Source: an uncultured delta proteobacterium (GTDB lineage Bacteria; Desulfobacterota; Binatia; Binatales; Binataceae). From it: DNA of 64,000 nt. The position numbers and the translations under genes were made by a program. Shown here in pieces: positions 30,951-40,026 of this stretch. Position 1 is the first letter of the stretch, and every line of letters starts with the position of its first letter. The stretch lies in contig CAVRVY010000002.1 of the NCBI GenBank assembly GCA_963724765.1, positions 128,001-192,000 of the forward strand, in the 5' to 3' direction. The notes beneath the pieces were generated by a model that was not told the origin of the DNA, searched no databases, and saw only the letters and a list, made by a program, of their open reading frames with translations.

Positions 30951-31562
30951 TCAGGCCGCGCGGGCGAGCGCGTCCTGCCACAGGCGTGTCACTGCGGCGC
31001 GCAGTTCTTCGAGCGTGCCGTCGTTGCGAATCACCGAGGTTGCGTACTTGCGCCGCTCCTCGTCGGAGAGCTGCGCCCGGATGCGCGCCTCGGTCTGCTC
31101 GGGCTTGAGCCCGCGGTCGCGCTCGACCCGTTCGATCACGCGCTCGCGCGCGGCGGTTACCAGCCAGATTTCGTCGAACAGTGGCTGCCAGTTGGCCTCG
31201 ATCAGGATGGCCGCCTCGATAACGATCGGCCGTGTCTCCCCGCCACGGCGCATCGCGGCGACCATCTCGCCCATCCGCGCGAACATCTTTGGATGCACGA
31301 TCGCGTTGAGTCGTTTGAGCGCCGCGGGATCGGCGAACACGATCGGCCCGAGCTTGCGGCGGTCGATAGTTCGGTCGGGGGCGAGGATGCCCTCGCCGAA
31401 GGCGTCGACCAGTTCCCGGTAGGCGGGGGCGTCCGGCTGATAGATCTCGTGGCCGACCTTGTCGGCGTCGATTGCGGGCGCGCCCAGCTCGGCCAGAATT
31501 TTCGCCGCAGTGCTCTTGCCCGAGCCGATTCCGCCCGTGAGTCCGATAGTAATTGGTTTCAT
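30951..31562 (-). CDS. coaE: Dephospho-CoA kinase
   Basis: IGLTGGIGSGKST, IDAD, IDRRKLG, LNAIVHP. Confidence 0.95.
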   Translation of the reverse strand: MKPITIGLTGGIGSGKSTAAKILAELGAPAIDADKVGHEIYQPDAPAYRELVDAFGEGILAPDRTIDRRKLGPIVFADPAALKRLNAIVHPKMFARMGEMVAAMRRGGETRPIVIEAAILIEANWQPLFDEIWLVTAARERVIERVERDRGLKPEQTEARIRAQLSDEERRKYATSVIRNDGTLEELRAAVTRLWQDALARAA

Positions 31563-31602
31563 TGCGATTCGATCGTTGCCGTGCCGCCGTTGCCGCGCCG
31601 TC

Positions 31603-33390
31603 TTAGCCGGCCGCCTCGCGCCCCCACGACTGGAGATTGTACAGGTAGCTGAAGAAGCCGCCGCGCGAAAGCAATTCGGCGAAGGTTCCCTGCTCGGCGA
31701 TTTCACCGTCGCGCAGCACCACGATGCGATCAGCGTTCTGAATCGTGGAGAGCCGATGCGCGATCACCAGCGTGGTGCGCCCGCGCATCGCTTCGCGCAC
31801 CGCGGCCAGCACCAGCGACTCGGTTTCCGCATCCAGCGCGCTGGTCGGCTCGTCCATCACCAACACCGGCGCGTCGCGCAGGAGCGCCCGCGCGATCGTC
31901 ACGCGTTGCGCCTCGCCCTCGGAGAGGCTGTGGCCGCCCTGGCCGACGACTTCGTCGAGGCCGGCCGGCAGTCGCGTGATCACCGGGTCGAGGCGGGCGG
32001 CCGCGGCGGCGCGTTCGATGTCGCGCTGGCTCGCGCCGGGGCGGCCCAACGCGATATTCGCGCGCATCGTGTCGTAGAGCACCAGCGGCGGCTGGAGCAC
32101 CATCGCGACGTTGTGGCGCAGCGATTCCAGTGTGAACTCAAGCGCGTTGTGCCCGTCGATGCTGATCGCGCCCTGCTGCGGTTCATAGAAGCGCACCAGC
32201 AGGCTCGCCATCGTGGTCTTGCCCGCGCCGCTCGGCCCGACGATCGCGACCGTCTCACCGCGCCCGGCGCGAAAGCTCACGCCTTTGAGCACCGGATGGC
32301 CGGGCGCGTAGCCGAATACGACGCCCGCGAACTCAACGTCGCCGCGCGCGCGTCCGAGCGCTCGCGCTCCGAGCCGATCCTTGACCTCGGGTTCGATCTC
32401 CAGCAGTTCCAGGCATCGCCGCAGTCCCGCCATCGCGCCCTGCACCATGCCATAGGTCTGGAACATCTGGTTGATCGGCGCGTAGAGCGAGGCGAGGTAG
32501 GTGGCGAACACGATCAGGTCGCCGATCGTGAGCCGGCCGCTCAGCGTGTGCAGCGCGCCGAGGTAGATGACCACCGCGGTGCCGATCGCAATCAGGACGT
32601 TCACCGCGCCGGCGTACGCCGTCTGCAACGTATACAGCCGCAGCGTCTCGTCCAGGCTCTCGCTGCTCGATTCGACGAACTCGCGATAGGACTCGGCCTC
32701 GCGGGTGAAGGCCTGGACCACGTGGATCGCGGCGAGCGAGCGATGAGCCACCGTGTAGAGGCGGCTCTCCTTGACCCGGGCGGCGGCGGCGATGCGGTCG
32801 ATCGGTTTGCTGGCGGTGGCGATCAGCCCGGCGAGAAACGGCACTACCGCCAGCGCCACGATCGTCAACTCCGGGTCAATCCGCATCATCACCACGAACA
32901 TTTCCACCAGCATCACGATGGAGGAGAGCAGCGGGAACAGCCCGTTCATCGCGATCGTTTGGACGGAGAATGTGTCGTAGGTGATCCGCACCATCAGATC
33001 GCCGATTGGGCGGCCGCGATGGAACGAGAGCGAGAGGCGCTGCAGATGGTCGAACATTTCCGCGCGCAGATCGTTGACCATCCGCTGGCCGATCGAAATC
33101 GAAATGTAATTGTTGAAGACGTTGATCAGGCCGAGCACCACGTAGAGCACGACCAGCCCGACGCAGGCGGTGATCAGCAGGTGCGCGGGCGAAAGCCGGG
33201 CGGCACGCGCTGGCCACGCCGCGCCGAGCGGCGCGCCGCGCAACACGTTGTCGATAACGACCTTGAGCGGCCACGGCTTGAGCACTTCCAGCGCGGCGGC
33301 CAGGATCACGCACACCACCGCCAGCGCCAGGCGTCCCAGATGCGGCCGCGTGCGGCGCAGCACCACGCCGATGAGCCCCAGCGTGCTCAT
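31603..33390 (-). CDS. ABC exporter (fused TMD-NBD half transporter)
   Basis: PWPLKVVID, TM helices, GPSGAGKTT Walker A, LSEGEAQR signature variant, VMDEPTSALD, IAHRLST; TGATG overlap with upstream gene. Confidence 0.9.
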   Translation of the reverse strand: MSTLGLIGVVLRRTRPHLGRLALAVVCVILAAALEVLKPWPLKVVIDNVLRGAPLGAAWPARAARLSPAHLLITACVGLVVLYVVLGLINVFNNYISISIGQRMVNDLRAEMFDHLQRLSLSFHRGRPIGDLMVRITYDTFSVQTIAMNGLFPLLSSIVMLVEMFVVMMRIDPELTIVALAVVPFLAGLIATASKPIDRIAAAARVKESRLYTVAHRSLAAIHVVQAFTREAESYREFVESSSESLDETLRLYTLQTAYAGAVNVLIAIGTAVVIYLGALHTLSGRLTIGDLIVFATYLASLYAPINQMFQTYGMVQGAMAGLRRCLELLEIEPEVKDRLGARALGRARGDVEFAGVVFGYAPGHPVLKGVSFRAGRGETVAIVGPSGAGKTTMASLLVRFYEPQQGAISIDGHNALEFTLESLRHNVAMVLQPPLVLYDTMRANIALGRPGASQRDIERAAAAARLDPVITRLPAGLDEVVGQGGHSLSEGEAQRVTIARALLRDAPVLVMDEPTSALDAETESLVLAAVREAMRGRTTLVIAHRLSTIQNADRIVVLRDGEIAEQGTFAELLSRGGFFSYLYNLQSWGREAAG

Positions 33391-35852
33391 CAGGCGGCTT
33401 CTTCCTCCACGTGAGCGCGGGCGCCGAGCGCCGCCGCCGCGTCCGCGGCGGCGGCCTTGAGCGCGGAGGGCAGGCGGCTCAAGTGCAGCACGGCGAGGAC
33501 CGCCGCACATACTCCCGCGAGCGCCGCCGCGGCTATTGCGCCCGTACCTGAGAAGCCGGTCGCGAGCATCACCACCACGATTGCCACCGCTGCCGTCGCG
33601 ATACGCCATCCGGCGGGCAAGGCGCGCCATGAGAGCGCGACGCGGCCATCCTCGAGTTCCAGGCCGTTTAAGTGCACGCGCATTCCGGGCGGAAGTACGA
33701 TTACCAGGTCGTATGCTTCGTACCGATCTCCGGCGGCGGCGGCGAGTCCATGGCGGACCAGCGCCACACGCATCGCGTCCAGCAACGGTTCGATGCCGCC
33801 GGGGCCGAGCGGCTCTGCCAGCGAGACCAGCACGCGGCCCCGCGCGCGCACTGTCGCAGCCTCGTCGTCAGCGGGGCCGGGCGGCGGCGCGGAATTCCAT
33901 TTGACGCGCTCGCGCGCGGCGCTGCGGGCGAGCGCTCCCACAAGCGCGGCGAGTGCGAGCAGCGCGCGCGCCGCCAGTGTCATCCGCGCACCGTTGGACG
34001 GCGCGCGTACCGCCGCGATGCGTATCGCGCTCGCTAGCGTCAGTGCGATCGCGGTCCATCCCAGCCACGCCATCGGCGCGCTCGCGAGGCCGGCCACTAT
34101 CATGACCATTCCGATCGCAACCCACGGCATCGTGAGCGGCAATTGCAAAAGCGGCGAACTCTGGGCGTCCGGATAGACGCTCTGGAACAGTCCGCGCCCG
34201 AAGGCGCCGTAATAAATGCGCGCGCCGCCGAACAGGCTGCCGAGCCACGAGGCGCCGCCGTACATCGCGCCCGCGCTGGCGGCCTTCAGCGGATACTTGC
34301 GAAATAGCAATCCTTCGCCTCGGCCGTAACCGCGTTGCTGTTCGACATACGCGGCGAGCGTCGGGCGACGCTCATGAATCACGACCGCGGCGGGCGCGCT
34401 GGCGATCGTCAGCTTGCGCTCGTTAAGCCGCCACGAGAAATCGACGTCGTCGCCGGCGGCGGTGAACATCGGGTCGAATCCGCCAGCCGCCTGGGCTGCG
34501 ATCCTGTCGACGATCATGTTGCATCCGCACACCTGCTCGAGCGTGTCGTCGCCGGCGCGAACCTCGCGCGGCTGTTCGGGCGCGGCGGCGATCGCGGCCG
34601 CGAGCGCCGAGGCGGGTGGCGGGGCGAAATTGGGGCCGCCGGCGGCCGCGGCATCGCGGCGGATGAGGTTTTCCACCAGGTGGTAGAGCCAATCGCGATC
34701 GGCGCGTGCGTCGGCGTCGATGAAGGCGACGCAACTTCCCGCGGCGGCCTCGATTCCGCTGTTGCGCGCGGCTGCGAGTCCGCGATGCTCCTCGCGCAGC
34801 ACGCGCACGCCGGCGCGCGATGCGACCTCGCCGGTCGAATCGATCGAGCCGTCGTCCACGACGATAATCTCGTAGTCGGGATAATTGAGATGGGCGAGCG
34901 AGTCGAGGCATTCGCCGAGCGTCGCCGCCGCGTTGTAGGCGGGGACCACGACCGAGGCTTTGGGAGAATCCTTGAGCGGCGGCGGGAGCGGGCCCTTGAA
35001 GACCTCGCCGACGGCGCCGAAGGCGCGCTTGCGGATGCGTTCGCGCGTCACCAGGCCGAAGGCCCAGTCGCTGATTTCGGCGCCTCCGGTATGCCATTCG
35101 TCGGTGAAGGCGAACACGATAAAGCCCGAGAGCCCAAGCTCGAAGGCCGCGCGCGCCTGCCACGCGAGCAGTTCGGCCTGATGCTCCTCGCCCTCGCGGA
35201 TGGTGTCCATTCCGGTTTCGCTGAGCACCAGCGGGCGCTCGCCCGTCGCCGCCATCAGATGCGTCAGGTAACGGCGGAAGTCGGGCTCGCGATGCAGGTA
35301 GACGTTGAAGCAAATGAAATCGAGGAAGCTGAGATCGAGATATTCGGACGACGGATAATTCGAGTAAGTGAAGAGCGAGTCGGGCGCGATGCTTTTGCCC
35401 AGTTCGTAGAGCTCGCCCATAAAGCGGCTGACCGCGCGCGCGCCGTGCCAGCGCACGATGTCGGAGCGGATTTCGTTGCCGAGGCTGAAAGCGAAAATCA
35501 CGTCGGCGTAGCGCCGCATCTCGTTGACCGAGGTACGGATGGCGCCGCGGATATCGGCGGACATCTGGCGCGAGTCGAGAAAAGCCATGTGAAACGGCCA
35601 CGGCATCCCGACCATCAGCCGCAGCTCGTGCATCGCGGCCAGCTCGAACATCCACGGCGGCGGCGGCACGTAGGTACGCACGACGTTGGCGCCAAGCTCG
35701 CGCATCAGCGCGAAATCCTGCGCTGCGCGCTCGGGCTCCGGATAGCGCTCGCCGCGCGAGTTGGGAGCGAACGGCCCGTAGGAGACCCCGCGTGCATGGA
35801 ATTTGCGCTCGCCCTCAAACAGGAATTTGCCGCGTGCGACCAGACGATCCAT
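33390..35852 (-). CDS. Fusion: clan GH-A (GH2/GH17-like) TIM barrel + GT2 glycosyltransferase + C-terminal TM region
   Basis: GVSYGPF, GANVVRTY, SLGNEIR (acid/base), LVLSETG (nucleophile), FTDEWH; then VVVPAYN, VDDGS, FIDAD, GCNM, GDDVD, QQRGYG; hydrophobic C-terminus. Confidence 0.85.
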   Translation of the reverse strand: MDRLVARGKFLFEGERKFHARGVSYGPFAPNSRGERYPEPERAAQDFALMRELGANVVRTYVPPPPWMFELAAMHELRLMVGMPWPFHMAFLDSRQMSADIRGAIRTSVNEMRRYADVIFAFSLGNEIRSDIVRWHGARAVSRFMGELYELGKSIAPDSLFTYSNYPSSEYLDLSFLDFICFNVYLHREPDFRRYLTHLMAATGERPLVLSETGMDTIREGEEHQAELLAWQARAAFELGLSGFIVFAFTDEWHTGGAEISDWAFGLVTRERIRKRAFGAVGEVFKGPLPPPLKDSPKASVVVPAYNAAATLGECLDSLAHLNYPDYEIIVVDDGSIDSTGEVASRAGVRVLREEHRGLAAARNSGIEAAAGSCVAFIDADARADRDWLYHLVENLIRRDAAAAGGPNFAPPPASALAAAIAAAPEQPREVRAGDDTLEQVCGCNMIVDRIAAQAAGGFDPMFTAAGDDVDFSWRLNERKLTIASAPAAVVIHERRPTLAAYVEQQRGYGRGEGLLFRKYPLKAASAGAMYGGASWLGSLFGGARIYYGAFGRGLFQSVYPDAQSSPLLQLPLTMPWVAIGMVMIVAGLASAPMAWLGWTAIALTLASAIRIAAVRAPSNGARMTLAARALLALAALVGALARSAARERVKWNSAPPPGPADDEAATVRARGRVLVSLAEPLGPGGIEPLLDAMRVALVRHGLAAAAGDRYEAYDLVIVLPPGMRVHLNGLELEDGRVALSWRALPAGWRIATAAVAIVVVMLATGFSGTGAIAAAALAGVCAAVLAVLHLSRLPSALKAAAADAAAALGARAHVEEEAA

Positions 35853-35988
35853 CCCGATGAGCTAATCGCAAACAATCGTGGTGCGCAACGCGGTCTCCCG
35901 CCCACGCCGCTGCTCCAATCGGCAGGCGTGCCGCTTCACGCGGAGAGCGCTTTCAATCGCCCCGCCGGGTCGCCTATATTGCGCGAAC

Positions 35989-36846
35989 ATGGAAAGCGGA
36001 CAGCGCGGCGAGCCGAAAAGTTTTTTCGTGGATGCGAACGGGATCCGGCTGAGCTGCCAGGACTGGGGCGGCGACGGGCCGCCGATCGTAATCCTGCACG
36101 CGACCGGATTCCTGGGGCGAGTGTACCGGCCGATCGCGCTGACGTTGCGATCCACGGGCCATGTCTATAGCTACGATCAGCGCGGCCACGGCGATAGCTC
36201 GCGCCCGGCCGATGTCGATTACAGTTGGGCGAGCACGACCGCCGATCTGAAGGCGTTCATCGTCGCGATGAAGCTCGAGGGCGTGCGCGGGCTTGGTCAT
36301 TCGGCCGGGGCCACCGCCATCGGTTCGCTGTCCGGCGCGGAGCCGGCGCTGATTTCGCGCGCCGTGCTGGTCGAGCCGGTGCTGTTCGACGATGAGGTGC
36401 CCGAGTCGGCGCAGGACCCGCTCTACGAGCGCACGCGCAGGCGCAAGGGATGGTTCGAGAGCGCGGAGGCGATGTTTCGCAACTTCGAGCGCAAGCCGCC
36501 CTTCAACACCTGGCAGCGCGACATGCTGCGCGACTATTGCGAGTACGGCACACGACCTGCGCCGCAAGGCGGAGTGGAATTGAAATGCCCGCCCGAAATC
36601 GAAGCGGATTTCTACTCGCGCGCCCGCGAGTTCCCCGGCATCACGCTGATTCTCAAGAGCCGCTCGCCGTTGCTGGTGATGTTCGGCGAAAAGAGCGATT
36701 CGACGGGCATCAGGATCGCGGACAAGATCGCGGCGCAATTGGTGAACGGCACCGTCGTTACGGTGCCGGACGCCAGCCACTTCCTGCCGATGGAGCAGCC
36801 GGAAATGGTCGCTCGGATGGCGGCGGAGTTCTTCAACCGGAAATGA
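35989..36846 (+). CDS. Alpha/beta hydrolase
   Basis: LHATGF, DQRGHGDS, GHSAG nucleophile elbow, SHFLPME. Confidence 0.9.
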   Translation: MESGQRGEPKSFFVDANGIRLSCQDWGGDGPPIVILHATGFLGRVYRPIALTLRSTGHVYSYDQRGHGDSSRPADVDYSWASTTADLKAFIVAMKLEGVRGLGHSAGATAIGSLSGAEPALISRAVLVEPVLFDDEVPESAQDPLYERTRRRKGWFESAEAMFRNFERKPPFNTWQRDMLRDYCEYGTRPAPQGGVELKCPPEIEADFYSRAREFPGITLILKSRSPLLVMFGEKSDSTGIRIADKIAAQLVNGTVVTVPDASHFLPMEQPEMVARMAAEFFNRK

Positions 36847-36854
36847 TCACTTCG

Positions 36855-37481
36855 CTAGAGCAATCCGTGGATCTTCGCGAACGGGTCCCATGATGGATCG
36901 CGATGCCATTCGTATTCCATCCGGATTGCGATTCGCTCGGCAGCGTCGGCGTCGGCGAGCCTGGCGATCAAAGCGAGCGCCATGTCGATTCCGGCCGAGA
37001 CTCCCGATGAGGTCGCGAACTTGCCATCCTCGACCCATCGCGCCTGCCTGATCCATTCGACCGCCGGACCCTGTTCAGTCACCCACTTGAACGAGAGTTT
37101 GTTGGAGGTCGCGCGGCGCCCGTCGAGCAGTCCGGCGCGCGCGAGCAGCGCCGCGCCGGTACATACGGAGGCCACGATTTCCGCCTCAAGTGTGCGCCGT
37201 TTCAGCCATTCCAGGAGCGCGGCGTTCTTGACCTCGCGCCGCGTGCCAATACCGCCCGGCACCAACATGACGTCGATCCGCGGACAATCCGTGAGCGCAT
37301 AGTCGGCTATCGCACGCGGCCCCTGCGCGCTTTTAACCGCGCCGGCCTTTTCGGCGGCCGTGACGATCGTGCATGCGCCGGCGATCTCGGCGAGCATCCC
37401 CCACGCCTCCAGCGGGCCGAAGACGTCGAGCAGTTCGAAGCCCTCGAAGAGCAGCACGCCGACGGTTTTCTGCGACGCCAT
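36855..37481 (-). CDS. DJ-1/PfpI family protein (isonitrile hydratase-like)
   Basis: FELLDVFGP, VPGG, SVCTGA, TSSGVSAGID. Confidence 0.9.
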   Translation of the reverse strand: MASQKTVGVLLFEGFELLDVFGPLEAWGMLAEIAGACTIVTAAEKAGAVKSAQGPRAIADYALTDCPRIDVMLVPGGIGTRREVKNAALLEWLKRRTLEAEIVASVCTGAALLARAGLLDGRRATSNKLSFKWVTEQGPAVEWIRQARWVEDGKFATSSGVSAGIDMALALIARLADADAAERIAIRMEYEWHRDPSWDPFAKIHGLL

Positions 37482-37545
37482 CGAAGCCTCCTTGTGCGCG
37501 CACGGGAGCGAGATCCGTGCGGAATGTGGAGGCTAGTCATCGCTG

Positions 37546-37588
37546 CCGGGGCGGGCAAGCGCGCGACGCGCGCGCTTGCCCGCCCCGG
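37546..37588. repeat. Perfect 20-bp intergenic inverted repeat without U-tract
   Basis: CCGGGGCGGGCAAGCGCGCG-ACG-CGCGCGCTTGCCCGCCCCGG. Confidence 0.9.
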
Positions 37589-37640
37589 GCATGCTGTTGC
37601 GAGCGCGGCGCATCGTACGCACGCTGCTGGAGCGGCCCGG

Positions 37641-38378
37641 TTACGGCCGCTCCAGCAGCCTACGCGCCGCGTCGCTGTAGACGCCCGGCGCGTCGTACAT
37701 CACCAGCGGCGGTTCGACTTCGACCTCCACGCCGCCGCCCTTGCGCGCCTCGACCAGCACGGTCGAGGCGCTCGCGACGGCGTAGGGATGGACGAAGCGG
37801 ATGCGCTTGGGCTCCAGGCGGCGGGCGCGCAGCGCCGAGATGAGCTCGGCGCTGCGCGCCGCCGCGAAGACGAAGGCCGCGCGGCCGCCGTGGCGCGTAT
37901 GGCGCGCCGCGGCGGCCGCGAAGTCCTCAAGCCGGGCCGTCGCCTCGGTGCGGGCGAGGCGGCGGCCAGCGAGCGGACTTTCGCGCCCGCTTAAGCGGGC
38001 GCGAAAGGGCGGGTTGGCGAGCACCAGGTCGAAGCCGCCAGCCGCCGCGTCGAGCGCCCGGCGGCTTCGCAAATCGGCGCATACGGCGCGCACCATGCCG
38101 AGACCGTTGAGCGCCGCGTTGCGCGCGATCAGCGCGGCGAGCGCCGGTTGAATCTCCAGCGCGACCACTTCGCGCGACCGAGCTAGAGCGGCGTAGATCA
38201 GCGCGACGACGCCGCATCCTGCGCCCAGCTCCAGCACGCGGGCGGCGGGGCGCGCGGCGGCGAAGCGCGCAAGCAGTACCGCCTCGATCGAGAAGCGGTA
38301 ACCGCGGCGCGGCTGGTAAAGGCGCAGTGCCCCGCCTAGGATCGAGTCGATCGTTTCTTCCGCGATTGATTCAGTCAT
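37641..38378 (-). CDS. tRNA1(Val) A37 N6-methyltransferase-like (YfiC/TrmN6 family)
   Basis: YQPRRGYRFSIEAVLL, LELGAGCG, NPPF, ARTE, EPKRIRFVH. Confidence 0.85.
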   Translation of the reverse strand: MTESIAEETIDSILGGALRLYQPRRGYRFSIEAVLLARFAAARPAARVLELGAGCGVVALIYAALARSREVVALEIQPALAALIARNAALNGLGMVRAVCADLRSRRALDAAAGGFDLVLANPPFRARLSGRESPLAGRRLARTEATARLEDFAAAAARHTRHGGRAAFVFAAARSAELISALRARRLEPKRIRFVHPYAVASASTVLVEARKGGGVEVEVEPPLVMYDAPGVYSDAARRLLERP

Positions 38379-38400
38379 TGATTCAATTTTAGATCCAGTT

Positions 38401-38607
38401 ATGGATTCCGGCGCCAAGGGCGAACGTTACGCGCGCATCTTCCGCAAGGCCGGCGTCTATCTGGCCAAGGGCAACGTAGCGCGTGCGCTCGAAGTGCTCC
38501 AGGAGGGGCGCGATCTCGCCGAGCGCGAGGGCCATCCAAAAATGGCGCGCCTGTTCACGGCCGAGATGGAACGCGCGAAAGCACCCGCGGATCCCGCAGA
38601 GGAATAA
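38401..38607 (+). CDS. Small helical (TPR-like) hypothetical protein
   Basis: 68 aa, typical codon usage, AGVYLAKGNVARALEVLQEG resembles a single TPR. Confidence 0.6.
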   Translation: MDSGAKGERYARIFRKAGVYLAKGNVARALEVLQEGRDLAEREGHPKMARLFTAEMERAKAPADPAEE

Positions 38608-38830
38608 GCTAGGAAATTTCGGCGTTGCGAGGGTTTGCCGACCACGCCTGAGGTGCAGTAGGCGTCCCAAACGGCTGCAGGGCGGCGGTTTCGCTGCCGT
38701 CGCGCCCGCTTGACGGCGCACAGTTCGTACTTAAGTTCTACTCAACGAGGCGCGGAGGGAACACGGGCCCGGCGCGCGCAGCGAAAATCAAAATTACGAC
38801 CGGCAATATGCGGTTGGGAGGGATTACAAG

Positions 38831-39274
38831 ATGGAAGTAGTACTCGGAAACGGATACGCAAACGGATGGCTCTACGATCGGATGAACAGGCTCAATCGGC
38901 TTTTCAACGAGGCGGGATGGACCGCTCCGGAAACTCACGACCACCTGATGCCGCGGACGGACGTCGTCGAGCATGGCGAAGGTTATCATTTCTACTTCGA
39001 CATGCCGGGTATCAAGGCCGACTCGGTCAATGTTCAGGTCGAAGACGGACGGCTGATGGTCGAGGCGGAGCGCAAGCAGCCTGAGCGGGAGAAGGACGCC
39101 GAGGTTCATCTGTCGGAGCGCAGCTACGGCACGATGCGCCGTACGTTCACGATGCCTGACGATGCCAGTGCGGAAGGAATCAAGGCGACCTATCGTGACG
39201 GGGTGCTCGAAGTGACGGTGGCGAAGAAGCCCGAAGCCAAGCCGACCAGGATTAAGGTCAACGTCGAGAACTAG
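38831..39274 (+). CDS. Hsp20/alpha-crystallin small heat-shock protein
   Basis: PRTDVVE, DMPGI, ERSYGTMRRTF, ATYRDGVLEVTV; GGGAGG SD. Confidence 0.95.
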   Translation: MEVVLGNGYANGWLYDRMNRLNRLFNEAGWTAPETHDHLMPRTDVVEHGEGYHFYFDMPGIKADSVNVQVEDGRLMVEAERKQPEREKDAEVHLSERSYGTMRRTFTMPDDASAEGIKATYRDGVLEVTVAKKPEAKPTRIKVNVEN

Positions 39275-39295
39275 TAAGTAGTAAAGTTCTTGTCT

Positions 39296-39339
39296 GGCGC
39301 GCCGCGCACAAAAGTGCGCGGCGCGCCTTTTCTTTTTTT
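39296..39339 (+). terminator. Rho-independent terminator after hsp20
   Basis: GGCGCGCCGCGCAC-AAAA-GTGCGCGGCGCGCC then TTTTCTTTTTTT. Confidence 0.9.
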
Positions 39340-39403
39340 CTGATACACTCTGATGCGTAATGCGGCCGCCGAACGGTCTCAGGCGAAAGGTGGGGGTCCT
39401 GAT

Positions 39404-40000
39404 ATGAGCGCATCGCTTGTCGTTCTGATAATCGCGATTGCGATCGTCGGATGGGCTGTGCTCGGCTACAACGGTCTGGTCAGCCTGCGCAACCAGGTGC
39501 AGAATTCATGGCGTCAGATCGACGTCCAACTGCGTCGCCGCCACGACCTCATCCCCAACCTGGTCGAGGCGGTCAAGGGCTACATGCAGTTCGAGCGCGA
39601 CACACTCACCCAGGTGGTCGAAGCGCGCGCCAAGGCGATTAGCGCGCCCGACCAGGCCTCGCGCATGGCGGCCGAGAACCAGATCACCGGAGGATTGGGC
39701 AGGCTGCTGGCGGTGATGGAGAACTATCCTCAGCTCAAGTCCGACCAGAACGTGCTCAAGCTCCAGGAGGAGCTGACCACCACCGAGAACCAGATCGCCT
39801 TTTCGCGCCAGGCCTACAATGACGCCGTGATGCAGCTCAACACGCGCATCGAAAGTTTTCCCACCAATTTGATCGCCGGCAATTTCGGCTTCAAACAGGC
39901 CGACTACTTCCAGGGTGCGCCCGAAGACCAGGCGGTGCCGAAGGTCGATCTCGCGATGGGCGCCGGCGCGCCGCAGCCGCCCCCGCCGCCGCGCGCCTGA
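39404..40000 (+). CDS. lemA: LemA family protein
   Basis: YNGLV, WRQIDVQLRRRHDLIPNLV, ENYPQLK, TENQIAFSRQAYN. Confidence 0.95.
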   Translation: MSASLVVLIIAIAIVGWAVLGYNGLVSLRNQVQNSWRQIDVQLRRRHDLIPNLVEAVKGYMQFERDTLTQVVEARAKAISAPDQASRMAAENQITGGLGRLLAVMENYPQLKSDQNVLKLQEELTTTENQIAFSRQAYNDAVMQLNTRIESFPTNLIAGNFGFKQADYFQGAPEDQAVPKVDLAMGAGAPQPPPPPRA

Positions 40001-40026
40001 CGATTCTGCGCGGAGATTGAACGGGG

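Noticed and set aside
38640-38830. CIRCE or ROSE heat-shock element upstream of hsp20
   Set aside because: No TTAGCACTC-N9-GAGTGCTAA and no clear ROSE hairpin; only a plausible TTGACG-16-TAAGTT promoter.
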